From: Salisapilia sapeloensis CBS 127946
Taxonomy: Eukaryota; Protista; Oomycota
DNA: 63,143 nt
Direction of reading: 5' to 3'
Assembly: GCA_023334545.1 (NCBI GenBank)
Contig: JAADVB010000093.1
Location: forward strand, 1 to 63,143
Shown in pieces: positions 58,018 through 63,143 of this stretch (position 1 is the first letter of the stretch; every line of letters begins with the position of its first letter). Made by a program: the position numbers and the translations under genes. The notes beneath the pieces were generated by a model. That model worked only from the letters and a program-made list of their open reading frames with translations, ran no database searches and was not told where the DNA came from.

Positions 58018-59224
58018 GTTCGTGTTAGCCACCGGGAGTAGTTTCGGGACTGGCGCCTGTCAATGAAAAAATCGTTTCGTAGCTGATTTGTCCGTTTGAC
58101 TGGCACCGAGTATAGAGTCGTACGGCGTGGTACGAGGTTTCCACTGGATTCGACTCGGATCGATATAACGGTTGTCGTCGAGAGCTATAGTTGCTTACTT
58201 GGAATGGGATTGGATGTGGATGACAAGTGCAGCTGAAACGACTTGGCGGATGTACAGAGATTGGACTTGTGCTTCTTCTTCTGGTAGAGACAATGGACAT
58301 GTTGGCATGGCAAGTGGTCAGCGCGATACGGAGGCGATTGATATAAACATGATATATTGCATTTGGTTCATGATGGATGGGAGGGTTTATCTAGTATCTG
58401 TTGTGTCTTACATGAGAGCAAGTGTGAGTGCTTTCGAAAGGTCTGAGGATCGTGGTAGCAATGGGACATGTTGACGATCATATTGACAGTTGGAGATGAG
58501 GTTGAAATGGCTTTGGTAGGCGAGGTCTGTGGCGCTTTGGACGGACGGAATAGTGCGAGGTAGTATGCTAGAAAGCATGGTGTGTAGAAGAGTCGGTCAT
58601 GAAGGGTGGAAGTAAGTCAGTCTGGTGTATTCGAAGTGATGTTCTGGGCAATCCTTTCTCATGGAAACTCGGTGACACGTACGAACAAGAAGAATTTTGG
58701 ATCGAAATAAAGGCGGTCAACTGCCTACATACAAGAGATCGAGTAGTACCTCGACTACAAACTTCGTTCATGGGAATAACTTTCGCTCGCTAAGCCCATC
58801 GTGCATCGTATCAACCATACGAGATCATGTTCTTCTCGACAACTACAATCCCGTTACAAAGTTGAACAAGAAATGATGGCCATCATACCAAGCACATCCG
58901 GCTGCAAGTCCTTCCAATCCCACTACACGGAAACTCTAGCTAAAACACCCATGTGCCGACTACCAAGCGTTTCCTCACATATACCTCTAGAAATCGCTCT
59001 ACCACCATGTCTCCAACCAAAATTTCAAATCCAACTCCATCTAAGCACCATCTCTATCTCGGTCGCAGCCTGCTCTTCCCGCCCTCGTCGTGTCTATCTT
59101 GCAGAGTCGTTTGAAACGTCTTGTTATCTAGTGTTGTTAAGGTGTTTCTAACATCTTCGATTTGCCACCAGCCATTTTCCAAGTCCTCGAACTCGTTTGG
59201 TAAAGAACCCTTTTGCTTATTGAG

Positions 59225-59794
59225 ATGACGTACAGCCAGGAGCCGGAGGATGCCCAGCGTGCGGCCAAGGCCCGCGCGACCCAGGTCCGTGTCCACTTCA
59301 AGCACTGCCGTGAGGTCATGCACGCTATCAAGGGCCTGCCGCTCGTGAAAGCCAAGACGTACCTGCAGGACGTGCTCGACTACAAGCAGGCCGTTCCGTT
59401 CACCAAGTTCACGGGTGGATGTGGCCGTCACGCCCAGGGCAAGCTCGCCAAGGCCGCCGGTGACAAGGTCAAGTGGCCCCACAAGGCGACGCAGGTGATC
59501 GTGGACTTGCTCAAGAACGCCGAGTCCAACGCCGAAGTCAAGGGCCTCGACACGGACCTCCTGTACATTTCCCACGCCCAGGCCAACCTCGCCATCAAGC
59601 AGCGTCGCCGTACGTACCGTGCCCACGGTCGCATCGGACCGTACCTCGCGCACCCGGCCCACATCGAGCTCATCCTGACGGAGAAGCGCACGAACGTGGC
59701 CAAGGCCGAGGAGCCGGCCAAGCAGCCCAAGCTCACGCGCAAGCGTCAGGCTCAGCTGCGCCTCAAGTCTGGCGGAGGCGTGCCTGCCAACTAG
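59225..59794 (+). CDS. RPL17: 60S ribosomal protein L17 (uL22)
   Basis: [47 protein letters not shown] and [11 protein letters not shown]. Strong codon bias. Confidence 0.97.
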   Translation: MTYSQEPEDAQRAAKARATQVRVHFKHCREVMHAIKGLPLVKAKTYLQDVLDYKQAVPFTKFTGGCGRHAQGKLAKAAGDKVKWPHKATQVIVDLLKNAESNAEVKGLDTDLLYISHAQANLAIKQRRRTYRAHGRIGPYLAHPAHIELILTEKRTNVAKAEEPAKQPKLTRKRQAQLRLKSGGGVPAN

Positions 59795-59859
59795 GAAGAC
59801 AAGAAAGGATAAGGCATAATTCAGTTTGCTTTGCCAAGGGTTCCATTATTTCCATGTTT

Positions 59860-60932
59860 TTAATCGTCTTTGTTGTCCTCCGAGTCATCGTCCGACGAGC
59901 CTTCGTACTCGTCTTTCCCGGCAGAGTGAGCGCCGCTGCGGAGGACGCCTAGGAGCACTCGGATCAAGAGCGCCGTCCACCAGATGTGGAGCAGGTAGAG
60001 CGTGATCAGGAGCACGTTAAAGAGCAGCCATGAAGGCGGTCCTGGCGACGGAAACAAGATGGAAAAGTCGTGTGCGTCTACCAAGGCCATGCTGGCCTCT
60101 CGGTTCTCGACCAAGGTCGTGTAGAGGATCTTGACCGGGTAGAGGTAGACGCGGAGGTAGATCCACTGGAGCAGCATGAAGACAAAGGTTATTTCGCTCG
60201 CAAAGAGCGACTTCATGCCCTCGAGTTTGAGGTAGTTGATCATCTTGAGGACGTCTAGAGGGACGTCGGAGACGTCATGCAAGAAGAGGACGATGACGCC
60301 GACGGGGAGGAAGCCGACGGCGTAGGACCAGGTCATTAAGGCGATCGTGACGACGTGATGGGTCATCATGACGTAGTAGTCTTTCCGTATTTCTTCCAGG
60401 AACTTGCACGAGAACGCCGTGTAGATCCAGATCGACAGCTGCGTCACGTATAAGAGTTTGACGGCAAGCCGTTGCGTCGGGAAGACGCCCGTGGAGGTCC
60501 CTTGGGCCCACACTGTGGCAATGTGCAGATATGAATATAGAGTACAAGTGTTAAGTGGTGCGAATGTGTATACGTACAGGTGGTCGTATCATGCCACCAG
60601 TCCTCGTCCTGGAGGATGTAGCACTCAAAGATGGACATCCAAAAGTGGATCGTCAGTTGCCAAGACTGGTCACACCATTTCTTCATCGTCAGGTGCTTGT
60701 GCAACGGGTCACCTAGGTATTGGAGGTAATTGCGGCTGAACCAGCCGCCAACGGTCGCGAAGAACTGCTTCGTGATCTTCACGACGATGGCGACGACGAA
60801 GCAGCCGCCGACGAGGAGCTGGAGCATCAAAGGGTCGTCCCATAATGTATGTGTGATGACGACGAGCTCACCGAACAGCGTCGCCAGGAGCACCGTGTCT
60901 AAGAAAGAGTCTGGCTTGGGGTTCTTTGGCAT
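59860..60932 (-). CDS. Ceramide synthase (LAG1/TLC domain); join complement(60578..60932,59860..60512)
   Basis: Lag1 motif RKDYYVMMTHHVVT...FLHDVSDVPLD, upstream KKWCDQSWQL, and an acidic tail. 5' end uncertain. Confidence 0.9.
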
Positions 60933-62216
60933 ACTCCCTTCGTCCTCGTACCGAACCGCTTCTGGGAGCTCCTGTGTCCACCTCACGCTCGAATTAGGTT
61001 GTGCAGTCCCAGATTATTCACATACAAATGAAAACGTTTTTCTAGGATGGGTACACGAGTGCTACTCTCGGTCGAGATGGATACGAACACACGAACGACG
61101 ATGGCGGGATAAAGCAAGGTGTGTGCAGCTATGGGTAATAGAGAAGGATCGAAAGTATCCGGTTGTGTCGAAGAAGGATCTGTCCGATAAGTGTGACAAG
61201 GCAAGATTGTGATCGTTTGAACTGGCTCGTGTCTGTTCACAATTGGTGCTTGGTTCATTCCGTTCAACATGTGTACCTTCCATTCGGCCACGGTTTGGGT
61301 CTTGACACGGCTATTCATGGAAAAGGTTGAAGGTCTAGGACGGTCCGTGATCAGACCGTACATGCCACTAGTCATTTGAAATGTGGATCGCTGTCTAGTC
61401 TGACTTTGTTTGTGGATTTAAAGCATTTATGGAACCTTCGAGGTGCAAAATTCATTGTAGCACACGTCCAGATCAGTCGAAACCCGAGTAGACAGTGTGG
61501 GAGTTAAACTGATTGGCAAGATCGCGATTAATTTTACTACTAAAAATTCGCCACTGACGTACATGTATACTTGTTCGTCTACTTACGACTACCAAAAGGA
61601 TATATCTTGCCATCTTTGCTTACGTTTGTCATGCTAATCATCTTCAATACTTGAGACGATCGAACTCTCGAATAAATATGTTTACCCCTTGTACTCCGCG
61701 TCTTGTAGCTTCTTAAAAAGTTGTGAACTAGATACCTAGATGCCAATGTCTATCCATCAACATTTAAGGAACGTCGATGGTCCTAATCTGGCTAGAGATG
61801 GTTGCTGAGCGTTGTGCGTCGAACGAATGCGTAAGATATGGTGCGTAGAGCTCTAGGCTGTATCAATAGTTTGCAGAGCCAGGTAGAATAGTAAGGTCGC
61901 AGACATGTAATAAACTTGTAGCTCTTACCAAAGTGATATGTCCTAACAAGGGAATGCTTAAAGTCTGACCTGCTTTCTCTTTGTGCCATCTCAGGAGAAT
62001 ATCCTAATAAAGCATGGTTTTAATGCTACCATTGCAGCAAATAACATCTACCACCTAGCGCTCTTGGAAATATAGATGATCAGACCTTTGCAAGTTTCCA
62101 CGACTGCCAAGCCTTGTCAAAAGACGATACTATCTACATAAGAACACTCATCACGTAAGCTTGTAGAGACAGCTACGCTCACAGATCAGACTACCAATTC
62201 TGGTAAAAAAAGTAAT

Positions 62217-62289
62217 CGCCCACCGTGGGGCTCGAACCCACGACCACAAGATTAAGAGTCTTGCGCTCTACCGACTGAGCTAGACGGGC
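62217..62289 (-). tRNA. tRNA-Lys (anticodon CTT)
   Basis: Reverse complement GCCCGTCTAGCTCAGTCGGTAGAGCGCAAGACTCTTAATCTTGTGGTCGTGGGTTCGAGCCCCACGGTGGGCG, 73 nt, forms a cloverleaf with A/B boxes. An oligo-T Pol III terminator follows (62211-62205). Confidence 0.97.
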
Positions 62290-62947
62290 TTGTTGTATAA
62301 TTGTGTTTTATGTTATATAATAATATAGTTATAATTTGTAGATATCATTCTATGTCGATGATAGTCTCTAGAGTAAAAACTTAATTCTTTGATGTTTTTG
62401 ACTTTGTTGACATCTTTGAGGAAAGAGGATAGCTTCAAAAGCTACAATAAATGCTCAGTTCTTTGAAAAAGTATTTTAAATTGCTTTAAACATGCTACAG
62501 AGAATCAACAAGCGGATAAGTGAGAAAAGGAAGCACAAGATATTTCCCTTCACCAGGTTACCAATACTTTGTTCCATCCAGATTCACTAGAAGACAAAAA
62601 TTAAAATTAAAAGATTAAAATTATAAATGCGGTGTTCCCTACCAAGCACGCGACTGCTCCCGATCCAGGTAGTATCGAATCTCAATTGTCAGTCCGTTTA
62701 AAGCTATGGAATGGGCAGACTCAGTTGCTTACTTTTGAGTTTTATGTCGAAAGCGTGAGCAGATGACGCATAGGGCAACATCTCTGCCTAAAATCTTAAA
62801 CAAGCCCAGCCCCGAAATGACTTGAATTCATATCAGACATAAACAAGATTAATGCGTAAACTAAGCACAAGAAGCGCCTCAATTAAAGCTAAGACTTTAG
62901 TAATTTGGCCCGCTGATAGAACTAGTTCTTAATGCAAGCTTCTTGTT

Positions 62948-63143
62948 TTACTTTAAAGCTTCATCGCACAAGTACAAGTCATACTTCATGTCCGTCTCTG
63001 TGAGACAGAACCGGCACGGAGTGTCCGTATCGGAGGCAAAGCAACCGGACTCCTCGTCAGACACACACGTCGGGTCCGACAGCCACGACATCACTTGCGG
63101 AAGCATCGCTTTGGAGGCAGGACACTTGGGGTCCAGAAGCACC
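62948..63143 (-). CDS. 3' end of a Cys-rich protein running off the window end
   Basis: Open frame to the window edge, GC-rich gene-like composition against AT-rich neighbours, and a C..C..CRFC..C pattern reminiscent of oomycete secreted Cys-rich domains. Confidence 0.55.
   Translation of the reverse strand, partial: VLLDPKCPASKAMLPQVMSWLSDPTCVSDEESGCFASDTDTPCRFCLTETDMKYDLYLCDEALK

Noticed and set aside
62665-62675. Reverse complement ATACTACCTGG resembling the U1 snRNA 5' end
   Set aside because: It is an 11-nt imperfect match with no U1 stem-loops or Sm site downstream.

Overview
Gene-dense eukaryotic nuclear DNA, most consistent with an oomycete (stramenopile). The evidence is short GT-AG introns of about 48-80 nt, often with CTAAC/CTGAC branch points, GC-rich coding sequence, and oomycete-like protein families. 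I can support about 25 protein-coding genes: WDR6, ATG8, Rab1, a bZIP factor, TFIIIC GTF3C4, a ROK kinase, PAF1, a HECT E3, WDR82, AP-4 epsilon, an EcKL/APH-like kinase, PEX22, TRAPPC6, a methyltransferase-Asp/Asn-beta-hydroxylase fusion, MIOS, a LETM1-like gene, Piezo, RPL17, a ceramide synthase and several hypothetical genes. There is also one tRNA-Lys(CTT). Genes are packed with gaps as small as 18-90 bp. The clear exception is a gene-free block of about 8.6 kb (27.2-35.8 kb) whose core falls to about 20% GC and flips strand skew near 30.7 kb, a candidate small AT-rich centromere or origin. Other highlights are a Piezo with an internal FN3+PH module, the MTase-hydroxylase fusion, head-to-head gene pairs whose start codons are 34-89 bp apart, and local CTAG/TAG over-representation. 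All family assignments come from motif recognition by eye; no database search was run.
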